Origin: Oscillospiraceae bacterium | GTDB lineage: Bacteria > Bacillota > Clostridia > Oscillospirales > SIG627 | NCBI GenBank assembly: GCA_015063985.1 | Contig: SVTC01000007.1 | Span: 35,477 to 99,476 of the forward strand | Length of the DNA: 64,000 bases | Direction: 5' to 3' | Part shown: piece after piece, positions 46,759 through 55,840 of the stretch | Layout of the letters: every line of letters starts with the position of its first letter | Position numbering within the stretch: position 1 is the stretch's first letter | Position numbers and translations under genes: made by a program | Notes under the pieces: model-generated | Told to the model about the DNA's origin: nothing | What the model saw: the letters and a program-made list of their open reading frames with translations, nothing else | Databases searched by the model: none

Positions 46759-47568
46759 TCAGCAGGTTATCAGCTGATCGCCGTCCTTGATAACGTAGTG
46801 CTCCTTGACTCCCATTTTCTCCATCCAGCCTCTGACTATAACAGTCTTGAAGCTTGCGGTATTAAATCCGCCGCCTCTGTCGTTATCCCAAAGCCAATCG
46901 GGAGCGCACCACAAGCAGGTCTTGCACTCGGTGGCGTTGTAAAAGGCCTCGTCAACACCCTCCTGGCCGTGATGTGCCATCTGAACGGTGTCGCACTTTA
47001 TTGCCTCGGGCATATTTCTCATCAGCACGTGACCGCCCTCAACACCAAGATCACCCAAAAACAGCACCCTTCTGTCTCCGAGGGTCATTTTAAACACGGT
47101 GGACGAGTTATTGCACCAGTTATCGTTTATCGTTGTATCCGCGGTGTAAAGCACCTCGAATTTTGCCTCGCCTATTTGGTAAACGTCTCCCACGCTTACC
47201 GTTACGACCTTATGGTATATCCTTCCCTGAAGATCGTAAAACTTCTGAAGGGTAGCAGCTCCGTCAAGAGCAAGGTACTGCTTGGAGGGGAAATTACAGT
47301 AGATCTTATCAAAGCTGAAGCAATCAAGGTATTTATCGTAAAGCTCGTAAAAGGCGTGAACGTGATCGCTGTGAGCGTGAGTAAAGAACCATGCGTCAAC
47401 GTGCGGCTTTTTCTGACCGGTCAGCTCTCTGAGTCTCTGCAAAAGATAAGGCGCGTCAAGAGTATTTCCGCCGTCTATTACTATCACCTTTCCGCTCTTG
47501 TCGAGAATAACAAAGCTCATCATCTGTGTATGTGTATTATTCTTAAGCATCCAAATGCAGTTTTCCAT
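46759..47568 (-). CDS. MBL-fold metallo-hydrolase
   Basis: HAHSDH (HxHxDH) motif. 269 aa. Confidence 0.75.
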   Translation of the reverse strand: MENCIWMLKNNTHTQMMSFVILDKSGKVIVIDGGNTLDAPYLLQRLRELTGQKKPHVDAWFFTHAHSDHVHAFYELYDKYLDCFSFDKIYCNFPSKQYLALDGAATLQKFYDLQGRIYHKVVTVSVGDVYQIGEAKFEVLYTADTTINDNWCNNSSTVFKMTLGDRRVLFLGDLGVEGGHVLMRNMPEAIKCDTVQMAHHGQEGVDEAFYNATECKTCLWCAPDWLWDNDRGGGFNTASFKTVIVRGWMEKMGVKEHYVIKDGDQLITC

Positions 47569-47764
47569 TTTCCTTCTCCTTTTTGAAAAAGCTTATCATT
47601 GTAATTATACTTCAGCCCCAATGCTTTGTCAATAAGTACGCTTAAAATATGACTGTTTATATCATAAAAACAGTCCGCACAAATTCTTGATTTTACGTTG
47701 TTTGTATTGACATAAAGAAAAAAATATGGTAAAGTTCAAATAAAAAAATCTCAGGAGCAGCAAT

Positions 47765-49840
47765 ATGAACATTCCGCTTCCCTCAATAGGCGCCAAAGCC
47801 ATTAATTATCCTCACTTTCCGTCCCGTCAGCAAGAATTCATCTTCCGCTCCCATGAATTTGCCACTCCCTTGCAGATGGCAAAGCTTTTAAAAACCGACG
47901 AAAAGACCGTCCTTGAAGCAATGGATGCAATGGGCATAAAGCCCGGAGAATACTGCGCTCAAATGATGGCAAAAAGCTACATTACCTTGATCAAGCAGCT
48001 CTGGCACGTTTTAAACTACGATCAGCTCCTTGAATTTTTGGGAATGACCTCCGACGAGCTCGCCATCACCTTAAGAGAAGAGGATTTTCTTGATGTAAAG
48101 CTCAAGGCAAAGCCCGACTGCGATCCCCTTTTCTGGGAGGAGCTCAGCCCCGAACAGATCAAAGCCACAAAGCTTATCAAAGAAGCAATGGCAGACGTTT
48201 CCCTCTCGGGAAAGGCCCCCTTTGATTTTGAATACAACGTCACTCCTCTGCAATTCTCAGGCAAGGCAAGCTTCGATCTTCGCATCCTCTACTTTTTCTC
48301 GGGGCTTTTCCAGCACGCCTTCGACGTTGACAGTGAAGAATACCTGCCCGATTCTATGCTCCAAGCCTACCAAAGCATAGGGATAAACGGTCTCTGGACC
48401 CAAGGCATACTCTATCAGCTCTGCCCCTTCCCCTTTGAGCCAAAGCTATCCGAGGGCTGGGAAAAGCGAATGGAAAACCTTAAAAAGCTCGTTGGCAGAA
48501 TGAAAAAATACGGCATCAAGCTCTATCTCTACCTCAACGAGCCCCGTTCTATGCCCGCCGCCTTCTACGAAAAATATCCCCATCTCAGAGGACACGAGGC
48601 ACAAAAGGAAAAGATCTGCCTTTGCACGTCCACTCCCGACGTACAAAAATACCTCACTGACAGCGTGGAGCTTATCTGCCGCGAGGTACCCGACATCGGC
48701 GGCTTCTTCTCGATAACCCGCTCCGAAAATCCTTCCAACTGCTACTCCCACTCCAATCCCGAGACCTGCACCTGTCCCCGTTGCTCTAAGCGCCCCTTAC
48801 CCGAGGTAATAGGAGAATACTTCTCCCTTCTTCGCCGCGGCGCAGACAGAGTCAGCTCCGGTATAAAGGTAATGGCTTGGAGCTGGGGTTGGAACACCCG
48901 CAATCTTGACATTATCCGCGCTCTGCCTCAAAACGTGATCCTACTCAGCCAAAGCGAGCTTGACATCCCCTACACCATCGGCGGAGTCAGCGGCAACGTT
49001 TTAGACTATTCCATAAGCATTCTCGGCCCCGGCGAAAGAGCTCTCAAGGAATGGGAGGTGGCCAAGGAGTGCGGTCTGGAGTTGGGAGCAAAGGTGCAAA
49101 TAAACACCTCCTGGGAGTGCTCCACTGTTCCCGCCATCCCCGTCTACGATCTCATCGAGGAGCATATAAAGCGTCTTCGCGATCTCAACATCAAAAACCT
49201 TCTTCTCAGCTGGACTCTCGGCGGCTTCCCATCAAGAAACGTAATGCGAATAGCTCAGTATTTCCACGAAGGCTTGGATAATCCCGAAGCCATTTCCTTG
49301 ACCCCCGCAGAGAAAAAGGCATCCGCCCTCTTTTGCGAGGCGTTTAAAAACTTCCCCTTCAGCTGCAGCGTTCTCTATTCAGGACCCCAGAACGGCGGAC
49401 CTTCCAATCTTCTCTACGCCGAGCCCTCAGGCTACAAGGCAACGATGACCTGCTTTGCCTACGATGATCTCAACGGCTGGAGAAGCCGTTATCCGGTGCC
49501 CGTTTTCTACGATCAGTTCTCCAAGATCTGCGACATATGGAAGCAGGGGCTTGAGCTTATCCAAAACGACAGCGGCGAAATGGCAACTATGGCAAAAGCA
49601 GCTTATCTCGTCTTCTCCTCCTGCCGCGATCAGATAGCCTTCTACGTCGCCCGCGAGAAAAACGACACCGCCTCAATGGCCGAGCTGGCAAAAAAAGAAG
49701 AGCAGACCGCAAGAGCTATGCTTAAGCTTATGAACGAGAACGCTTCCATCGGCTTTGAAGCGGCAAATCAATACTACTATTCCCGCTCCGTCTTAGCCGA
49801 AAAGATCATAAACTGCCGCTACATCTCTTCCCTTTTTTAA
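47765..49840 (+). CDS. hypothetical 691-aa protein (likely carbohydrate-active; family not recognised)
   Basis: Long uninterrupted ORF with an AGGAG RBS and a CTCPRC motif. It sits among sugar-utilisation genes. Confidence 0.6.
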   Translation: MNIPLPSIGAKAINYPHFPSRQQEFIFRSHEFATPLQMAKLLKTDEKTVLEAMDAMGIKPGEYCAQMMAKSYITLIKQLWHVLNYDQLLEFLGMTSDELAITLREEDFLDVKLKAKPDCDPLFWEELSPEQIKATKLIKEAMADVSLSGKAPFDFEYNVTPLQFSGKASFDLRILYFFSGLFQHAFDVDSEEYLPDSMLQAYQSIGINGLWTQGILYQLCPFPFEPKLSEGWEKRMENLKKLVGRMKKYGIKLYLYLNEPRSMPAAFYEKYPHLRGHEAQKEKICLCTSTPDVQKYLTDSVELICREVPDIGGFFSITRSENPSNCYSHSNPETCTCPRCSKRPLPEVIGEYFSLLRRGADRVSSGIKVMAWSWGWNTRNLDIIRALPQNVILLSQSELDIPYTIGGVSGNVLDYSISILGPGERALKEWEVAKECGLELGAKVQINTSWECSTVPAIPVYDLIEEHIKRLRDLNIKNLLLSWTLGGFPSRNVMRIAQYFHEGLDNPEAISLTPAEKKASALFCEAFKNFPFSCSVLYSGPQNGGPSNLLYAEPSGYKATMTCFAYDDLNGWRSRYPVPVFYDQFSKICDIWKQGLELIQNDSGEMATMAKAAYLVFSSCRDQIAFYVAREKNDTASMAELAKKEEQTARAMLKLMNENASIGFEAANQYYYSRSVLAEKIINCRYISSLF

Positions 49841-50018
49841 CACACCTTTTTGAAAAAAGGTGTGCCAAAAACTTTTATTGTCGATAAAGTCAGCATAAAC
49901 AAAGCAATCGATGGTTTTCTCGGCCCGAAACCATACTTTCCTTTTTGAAAAAAGGTGTGCCAAATACCTTTATTGTCGATAAAGTCAGTGCACACGGTAC
50001 TCTATTCATTTATTTACA
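49841..50018 (+). repeat. stop-codon-abutting hairpin plus two tandem units of about 95 bp (locus D), variant hairpin sequence
   Basis: CACACC T5 G A6 GGTGTG (49841-49864) starts right after TAA (49838-40). The conserved core is CCAAAAACTTTTATTGTCGATAAAGTCAG, and the array ends near TTTACA at 50013-18. Confidence 0.8.
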
Positions 50019-50025
50019 GCTTTTA

Positions 50026-50064
50026 CAAGATCAGCAGAAAATCCTTCTGCTGATCTTGCATTTT
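50026..50064 (+). terminator. intrinsic terminator downstream of locus D
   Basis: A 14-bp stem, CAAGATCAGCAGAA / TTCTGCTGATCTTG, with a 5-nt loop, followed by CATTTT. Confidence 0.6.
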
Positions 50065-50265
50065 AGCGAGACAGACAACAATAATAATCGTTTTTCGAAG
50101 AGAAATTATTCCGCAGATCACAGGCCATCAAAAAACATAACCAAAAAAATCAACATTTTTCACTTTTTTCACTCTCGCCACCCCCTTGCATATCAAAAAA
50201 CAAGAGAGTTTTTTGTGCAACTTTCACAAAAATTCAATATTTTTTTCTACAGTGTAAAAAAACAC

Positions 50266-50294
50266 TTGACTTTTTTGTTGAAATTTGCTAAAAT
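50266..50294 (+). promoter_or_regulatory. strong sigma-A type promoter with an A/T-rich upstream region
   Basis: TTGACT (50266-71), a 17-nt spacer, then TAAAAT (50289-94). Confidence 0.65.
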
Positions 50295-50300
50295 ATATAC

Positions 50301-50514
50301 GTAAACAACAAGAGCGGTTATTTCTTCGGAAATGCCGCCATTAAATATAGCTTACTTCACATCGCTCAGTTTTTTCTCCTCTCTCTTTCTTTTCTGAGCG
50401 AATTTGTTTTTTGGGGTCCCCTCCCCAAACATTGATTACTTGAGCCTTGGAACACAGGCATTATCGTACATAGATCCCCTTTTTAAAAAACGCTTCCTTC
50501 GGGAAGCGTTTTTG
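50301..50514 (+). ncRNA. candidate standalone small RNA of about 214 nt (family unknown)
   Basis: It is bounded by the promoter above and by the terminator CGCTTCC ttcg GGAAGCG + TTTTT (50491-50513). Internal hairpins are at 50314-38 (UUCG loop), 50363-50400 (24-nt all-pyrimidine loop) and 50410-29. There is no downstream same-strand gene. Confidence 0.5.
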
Positions 50515-50524
50515 CGTTAAAAAG

Positions 50525-50553
50525 CATCCCCCGCAAAAGATTTGCGGGGGATG
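50525..50553 (-). terminator. intrinsic terminator of the 50567-52651 gene
   Basis: A 13-bp stem, CATCCCCCGCAAA / TTTGCGGGGGATG. The minus strand is followed by CTTTTTAA. Confidence 0.65.
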
Positions 50554-50566
50554 TGAAATTTAAATA

Positions 50567-52651
50567 CTACTTTTTGACAACGACCACGCCATAGGGCGGC
50601 AAAACAAAGCTATTGCTTTCACAAAGGGAAATAAAACGGTCCTCGAAGGGCTCATAAACGCTTTCCGGCGTAAATCCAAGCGTAATACTCTTTTCCATTG
50701 AGGTGCTGTTGGCAAGATAAAGACTTGAGGCGGTGTGCATACTAACAACTCCCCTTGCGTCCCCATCGGTAACAGACGAAAATTCCGCCTGCAGCTCCCG
50801 CGCACCTTCTATGGATATAACCCCTTTCGGCAATGGCTTGGCACCATTAACGGCGTATATCCTCCATCCCTTTTTCAAAAGCTCGGGTATCATTTCAAAA
50901 AGCTCGGACTCCACAGCGTCCGCATATATCACAAGACTGCGCGGCTCTGCATCCGCCAAGGAAGGAGTATCTATAAAGCCAAAGGAGATCTGCCTGTCCA
51001 TCAAGGCAAACATACATTCCTCCATTTGGCTTTGTATTGCCAAAGCCCGTTGACTTGAGGCATCCTCCACCAAAGGATCCAAGGAAAGCTTCTTTTTCAG
51101 GTCCTTGCGATCCAGAGGATAGGGCAAGCTATATTCATTGAGTATACTGTCGTAAACAGTTGCCACGTCCACGGGATTTACGGTATTTGCCATCACACCT
51201 TCAATGGGATAATGCAAAAAAACATCATAAGGCAAGGCCTCCTCGGTGCTTTTCAGCAAGCGGGAAAACGCCTTAAGTGTGCTTTCTCCGGCAAAGGTGG
51301 GGGCGCAAATGGGATCCACACCATCCATATAATAGGAGTGAAATACACTCACACCCAAGAAATGCTGCATGGCAAGGGAGGTAAAGAGCTGACGGGCAGA
51401 GACCTTGATGCCGTATTTATTTTGGAAATGGCAGGATACCTCATCCATCACGTCTCCCTCTCTGTGCAAACGGGAAACAGACGAAACCAAAAGAGGAGTA
51501 AATGCCTTTTTCCAAATACGCTCCGGCAAGGAGTCCAGCATATCCATTCCCGGGACGTGCATAGTCTTCAATATGGAAAAGAAGCTGCCTTGATATCGGG
51601 GATGATCCGTTATCCTCTCCTCCAGCAAAATATGCCCGGATGATAAGACGCCGTAGCTTTCACAGCATTTGGCAATAGGCAAAAAGAAATTCCTTCTTGC
51701 AAGCTCCGTAAGAAGCATATAAAACCTTTTGCGAAGCTTTTCGGCTCGCTCTCCCTCGGAGAAAAACAAAAAGGGAAGCTGATCCATAAGGGAGTCGCCG
51801 TAGGCATCCTCAAACCTATCCTCCAATCCGTCACTCCAGTTTACCATAGCATAAAGGGGAAGCTTGGGATCGGGAATGTGGTTTACCACGCGGGGTATTT
51901 TCTCTAAATTAAAATAAACCGCCATATAGGAGGGCTCATCCATAAAAAACGCCTCCACGGTGCCGTCCTTAATGTAAGGCAACAGACGGCGGCAATATGG
52001 CTCGTAGGTATTTTTCACAAAGGCTTCTCCCGCCTTGGGATGAGACAAATCGATATATCTCCTTTGCGAGGCAGCATTATGCTGGCAATGAGTGCCCTCA
52101 AAGGCAGGCTTTGTGAAAAACGCAAGACAGAGCAGCTTCTTGTCGCCCTCGTTAACAAAATGATATCCATTCTTGCCGTAATCGGGGCGCAGAGGCTCTG
52201 CACAAAGATCACTTTGTGTAACCTTGTCATCGCCAAAGTAATATGCAAATGCCCCCATAGGCTGAATATGCCCGTAAGGCAAGGGTATATCCCCACTCTC
52301 TCCCGGCATAAGGACCTTATGGACAGCAACGAGAGCCTTTGCCTCAAGAGAAGGATCGTCACTGAGGGTCTTAACGCCTGCGGCTCCGCTGGGATACCAC
52401 TTTTCATCGTATATCCAAAGCCTCAATCCGTGCTTCTTGCAAAGACGCGCCTTCTCCTCCACCAAACGCCAATTGGCTTCGTTTTCTATATAACCATCGG
52501 TGAAATCAACGTTCAGCACAACACCGTCGTACCCCGCCTCTTTTATATTGACCAAATGGGTTTCTGACACCGCCACCTTGGTCTCAAAGGGGGCATCGTC
52601 GGCATAGGGAAAGCCGTGCACCAGCTTAAAAATACCTTTTTTCAGTTTCAT
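50567..52651 (-). CDS. hypothetical protein of about 694 aa (glycoside-hydrolase-like context)
   Basis: Long ORF. I prefer the ATG at 52651 over the TTG at 52690. I recognise no named motif. Confidence 0.55.
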   Translation of the reverse strand: MKLKKGIFKLVHGFPYADDAPFETKVAVSETHLVNIKEAGYDGVVLNVDFTDGYIENEANWRLVEEKARLCKKHGLRLWIYDEKWYPSGAAGVKTLSDDPSLEAKALVAVHKVLMPGESGDIPLPYGHIQPMGAFAYYFGDDKVTQSDLCAEPLRPDYGKNGYHFVNEGDKKLLCLAFFTKPAFEGTHCQHNAASQRRYIDLSHPKAGEAFVKNTYEPYCRRLLPYIKDGTVEAFFMDEPSYMAVYFNLEKIPRVVNHIPDPKLPLYAMVNWSDGLEDRFEDAYGDSLMDQLPFLFFSEGERAEKLRKRFYMLLTELARRNFFLPIAKCCESYGVLSSGHILLEERITDHPRYQGSFFSILKTMHVPGMDMLDSLPERIWKKAFTPLLVSSVSRLHREGDVMDEVSCHFQNKYGIKVSARQLFTSLAMQHFLGVSVFHSYYMDGVDPICAPTFAGESTLKAFSRLLKSTEEALPYDVFLHYPIEGVMANTVNPVDVATVYDSILNEYSLPYPLDRKDLKKKLSLDPLVEDASSQRALAIQSQMEECMFALMDRQISFGFIDTPSLADAEPRSLVIYADAVESELFEMIPELLKKGWRIYAVNGAKPLPKGVISIEGARELQAEFSSVTDGDARGVVSMHTASSLYLANSTSMEKSITLGFTPESVYEPFEDRFISLCESNSFVLPPYGVVVVKK

Positions 52652-52682
52652 TTTATGTTCTCTCGCTAATAGATTATCAAGC

Positions 52683-53591
52683 TCAGTCAAGCTGTTTTTT
52701 CATAAACTCTCTCACAAAAGCAAGATTTTCCTTTTGCTTTTTCTTGTTTTCGGGATAAGCCCTTGCCAAAGAGAGGAAATAATCCTTATGGGGAGCTTCA
52801 TCGGGATCGTCTCTGTATGCGCAGATCGCCGCCATCCTTTCCTCGTCGGTCTTTGTAAAATCATCGTTTAAAAGAAAGTGCTCCGTCGCTACCGCATCTC
52901 TCAGAGAGGAAACAGCCCTGCGCCAAGGATCCAGCTCGGGGCTGATAGCTCTGTCACAAAGCTCCAAGCCCTGGAACTGAAGAAAGCACTTTGCCATATA
53001 AAAATGGCCTTCCTTGGTGGGATGAACTCTGTCGGCTCCGTAAAGCACCTCTTCGCTTGCACTGAGAAGCCTTGTAAGGTAAGAATGGTAATCGCAAATA
53101 GGATAGGAGTTTTCCTTTGCAAACTGCTTAAGATATTCACTGTAGCCAAGCATCAGAGCAGAACAGCCGCGAAGAGGCTCTACACTGCTTTCAATATACT
53201 CGGCATAGGGCGCCGGTGTACAAAGGATAAGCTCTGCACCGATATCCCCGATCCGTTTTACAAAGATATCAAGATCCTTCTTATATTGGCAAAACGCCTC
53301 CTCCAACGCATCGTATCTGTCCGGGCTTCCGGAATTAAGAAGTGTTCTTTTGGAATCGTTTATACCTATCATTAAAACCGCGTGGGTGGGCTCCCAGGGA
53401 AGGATATCCTCATCAAACACACTAAGAGCGGTCCCAAGCCTTCCGCCGGCAATCCCGCAGTTATAAAACTCCACTCCCGAATCGGGGAAATTTTTTCGAT
53501 AGTAGTCTACTATATGAGAAACAAAGTGATTGGTGTGGGTGATGCTGTCGCCCACAAAGCATACTCTCGATCCGTCGCTAAATCTTCCCAT
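52683..53591 (-). CDS. SGNH/GDSL-family hydrolase
   Basis: FVGDSITH block I and GINDS block III. The start at 53591 has GGAGGA 8 nt upstream. Confidence 0.7.
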   Translation of the reverse strand: MGRFSDGSRVCFVGDSITHTNHFVSHIVDYYRKNFPDSGVEFYNCGIAGGRLGTALSVFDEDILPWEPTHAVLMIGINDSKRTLLNSGSPDRYDALEEAFCQYKKDLDIFVKRIGDIGAELILCTPAPYAEYIESSVEPLRGCSALMLGYSEYLKQFAKENSYPICDYHSYLTRLLSASEEVLYGADRVHPTKEGHFYMAKCFLQFQGLELCDRAISPELDPWRRAVSSLRDAVATEHFLLNDDFTKTDEERMAAICAYRDDPDEAPHKDYFLSLARAYPENKKKQKENLAFVREFMKKQLD

Positions 53592-53733
53592 TTTATGATC
53601 CTCCACCAATTTTATTTTTTTCATTATATCATGGGCAAGCGTTTTTTTCAATAAAAACTTCTTCCAAAATTATTGAAACTGTGTTATAATGACCTTAGCC
53701 TTAAAATTTCAAACTTTCCCTTGGAGAAGCCTT

Positions 53734-55731
53734 ATGATAATCGAAAACAAAAGCTTTAAAATAGACATCTGTGACAAAACGGGCGCCACCTCGGCGATCA
53801 TTTCCCTTGAAAACGGTTTTAATTGGGTCCTTTCCGATTCCAATTGGGGGCTGGTCGAAGGATTTGAGACCCAAAGCGTCGTTTCAGAGGCTAACTGCGT
53901 TAAAGTAAACACCTTTAACAGCGAAAGAAACGTTCAGATCACAATCGAAAAAAGCCTTGATGAAAGCGACTATTTTGAAAGCTACAAGATCACAAACCAT
54001 CACGTCTCCGACGTTTTTCTCACAAAAGATAATTTCGGCATCCCCTTTTCTTATGATTGCCTCTATGACAAAAGGCGGGACTTTATGAACGAGTGTTGCA
54101 TCAGCCACCTTTGGTGCGGAGGCGACTGTGCGTGGATCTATTCGGTCAGATGCTCCGGCGAAGCTCCCTATCTGGTCATGAATCTGACCGAGGGCGCGAT
54201 CGACGATTACAGCATCAGCTACGATATTTCCAGAACCAAAAACGCTTCATTCTACAGAGGCGCCTTTTTGCTCCACCCCCGCAATCTTTTTCTTTTACCA
54301 AAGGAAACCAAAACTCTCACCTTCCGCTACAGACTTCAAAACCAAAAGCCCGAAAGCGCCCCTCTTGATCATGCGGGTGCCATCAGATTCACGGCGGATA
54401 AATATACCGTCAAAAGGGATGAAGAAATTTCCCTTCTCTTTGAAAGCGCATCACGCTTTGAAAATCTGAAGCTCTCCTGCGAGGATAAGTCCATCCCCTT
54501 TGAAAGCTCCGAAAACCGTGCCCGCGCAAAAATCAAATTCCAAACCACAGGCGAGCGCCTTATCACCGCAGAGGCAGACGGAAAAGTTACTCATCTTAAA
54601 ATAAACGTTATTTTGCCGATAGGCGAGCTTTTACAAAGAAGAGCCCGCTTTATCTGCGAAAAACAGCAATATCTGAAGGAGGACAGCAATCTTTTCGGAG
54701 CATATCTGGTCTATGACGACGAAACAAAAAGCCTTTATTACGACAGCGCTTGGCAGGACTACAACGCGGGAAACGAGCGTATCGGCATGGGAGTTTTGGT
54801 CTGCAAGGCACTGCAGGAAAAATTCGACCAAAAACTCTTTCAATCCTTGAAGCTCCACCGAAGCTTTGTGGAAAGAGAGCTTTTCGACAGCGAAAGCGGC
54901 ATGGTCTACGACAACGTCGCAGTAAAAAAGGACTTCCCCAGGATCTATAACTTCCCCTGGGTCTCCACCTATTATCTTGAATGGTATAATCTCAGCGGCG
55001 AAGTAAAATGCTTGGAAAACTCCGCAAAGATCCTCATAAAATTCTATGAAAACACCCACTGCAAGCTGGGCGCACAGTGTATCGAAGCCTATAAGATCCT
55101 GACAGCCTTGAAAAAAGAGGGCTTGGATTCTCTTTACAACAAGCTTTTGGAGCTGTTTTTATGCTATATCGAAAAGATAGATGCAGAGATAGTTGAGCAC
55201 GAGGGTCACACCAACGAAACCTCCTACGTCAGCGAGATCCCAAACCAAACCCTTTCCTATTTCTCTCAGGCAGCCCTTTTAACGGGAAAGGAAAAATATC
55301 TGCAATATGCCCGCGACAGCTTGAAAAAGAGCCAATGCTTTTTTGCAAATCAGCCCGATTTCCACCTTAACTGCGTAAACGTTCGTTATTGGGACAGATA
55401 TTGGTTCGGAAAGATAAAATCCTACGGCGACGTTTTCCCCCACTATTGGAGCACTCTTGCCGCTTGGGGAATGTATTGGTATAACAAAGCGACAAACAGC
55501 AGCCAAACCGAGGAAATGATCTATAATAACCTCACGGGCAACCTTTGCATCTACCGAGAGGACGGCTTTGCTCACAACAATTACCTCTACCCCTATAAGG
55601 TCATCCAATATTCCGCAAACCCCGAAAAGCAAAATAAATATCTCACCCCCGGGGTTTTCTACGGTAAATCCTACGACGCCTTCGCAAACGACCAGGACTG
55701 GGCGCTTTATTACGCAAGCTCTATTCTTTAA
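53734..55731 (+). CDS. hypothetical 665-aa protein
   Basis: Long ORF. The start at 53734 has GGAGAA 6 nt upstream. I recognise no motif. Confidence 0.55.
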   Translation: MIIENKSFKIDICDKTGATSAIISLENGFNWVLSDSNWGLVEGFETQSVVSEANCVKVNTFNSERNVQITIEKSLDESDYFESYKITNHHVSDVFLTKDNFGIPFSYDCLYDKRRDFMNECCISHLWCGGDCAWIYSVRCSGEAPYLVMNLTEGAIDDYSISYDISRTKNASFYRGAFLLHPRNLFLLPKETKTLTFRYRLQNQKPESAPLDHAGAIRFTADKYTVKRDEEISLLFESASRFENLKLSCEDKSIPFESSENRARAKIKFQTTGERLITAEADGKVTHLKINVILPIGELLQRRARFICEKQQYLKEDSNLFGAYLVYDDETKSLYYDSAWQDYNAGNERIGMGVLVCKALQEKFDQKLFQSLKLHRSFVERELFDSESGMVYDNVAVKKDFPRIYNFPWVSTYYLEWYNLSGEVKCLENSAKILIKFYENTHCKLGAQCIEAYKILTALKKEGLDSLYNKLLELFLCYIEKIDAEIVEHEGHTNETSYVSEIPNQTLSYFSQAALLTGKEKYLQYARDSLKKSQCFFANQPDFHLNCVNVRYWDRYWFGKIKSYGDVFPHYWSTLAAWGMYWYNKATNSSQTEEMIYNNLTGNLCIYREDGFAHNNYLYPYKVIQYSANPEKQNKYLTPGVFYGKSYDAFANDQDWALYYASSIL

Positions 55732-55743
55732 ACTTGGTTTTAA

Positions 55744-55778
55744 TTTACATAATTTGCCGCATTATAATATTATGTAAA
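55744..55778. repeat. TTTACATAA-N17-TTATGTAAA inverted repeat in a convergent intergenic region
   Basis: TTTACATAA at 55744-52 and TTATGTAAA at 55770-78. Confidence 0.8.
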
Positions 55779-55793
55779 CATAATACACATATT

Positions 55794-55829
55794 AAAAGAC
55801 GCTCAGGGAATTTTCCGAAAGCGTCTTTT
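55794..55829. terminator. bidirectional terminator
   Basis: AAAAGACGC ... GCGTCTTTT stem with an 18-nt loop, between convergent genes. Confidence 0.55.
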
Positions 55830-55840
55830 TAGTTTATATT

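Noticed and set aside
49945-50304. A 119-aa ORF (MKKGVPNTFIVDKVSAHG...) and the small ORFs at 60227-60424 and 60297-60569.
   Set aside because: They begin at non-ATG codons inside the tandem repeats. They run through terminator hairpins and promoter sequence, have no RBS and are low-complexity. Only the repeat-derived first residues are conserved, and those are treated in the findings.
50332-50397. The 21-codon hydrophobic ORF inside the candidate sRNA as a type I toxin.
   Set aside because: There is no Shine-Dalgarno sequence, no charged C-terminus and no visible antisense partner. The ORF is largely the pyrimidine loop read as Phe/Ser/Leu codons. I keep it only as an alternative to test.
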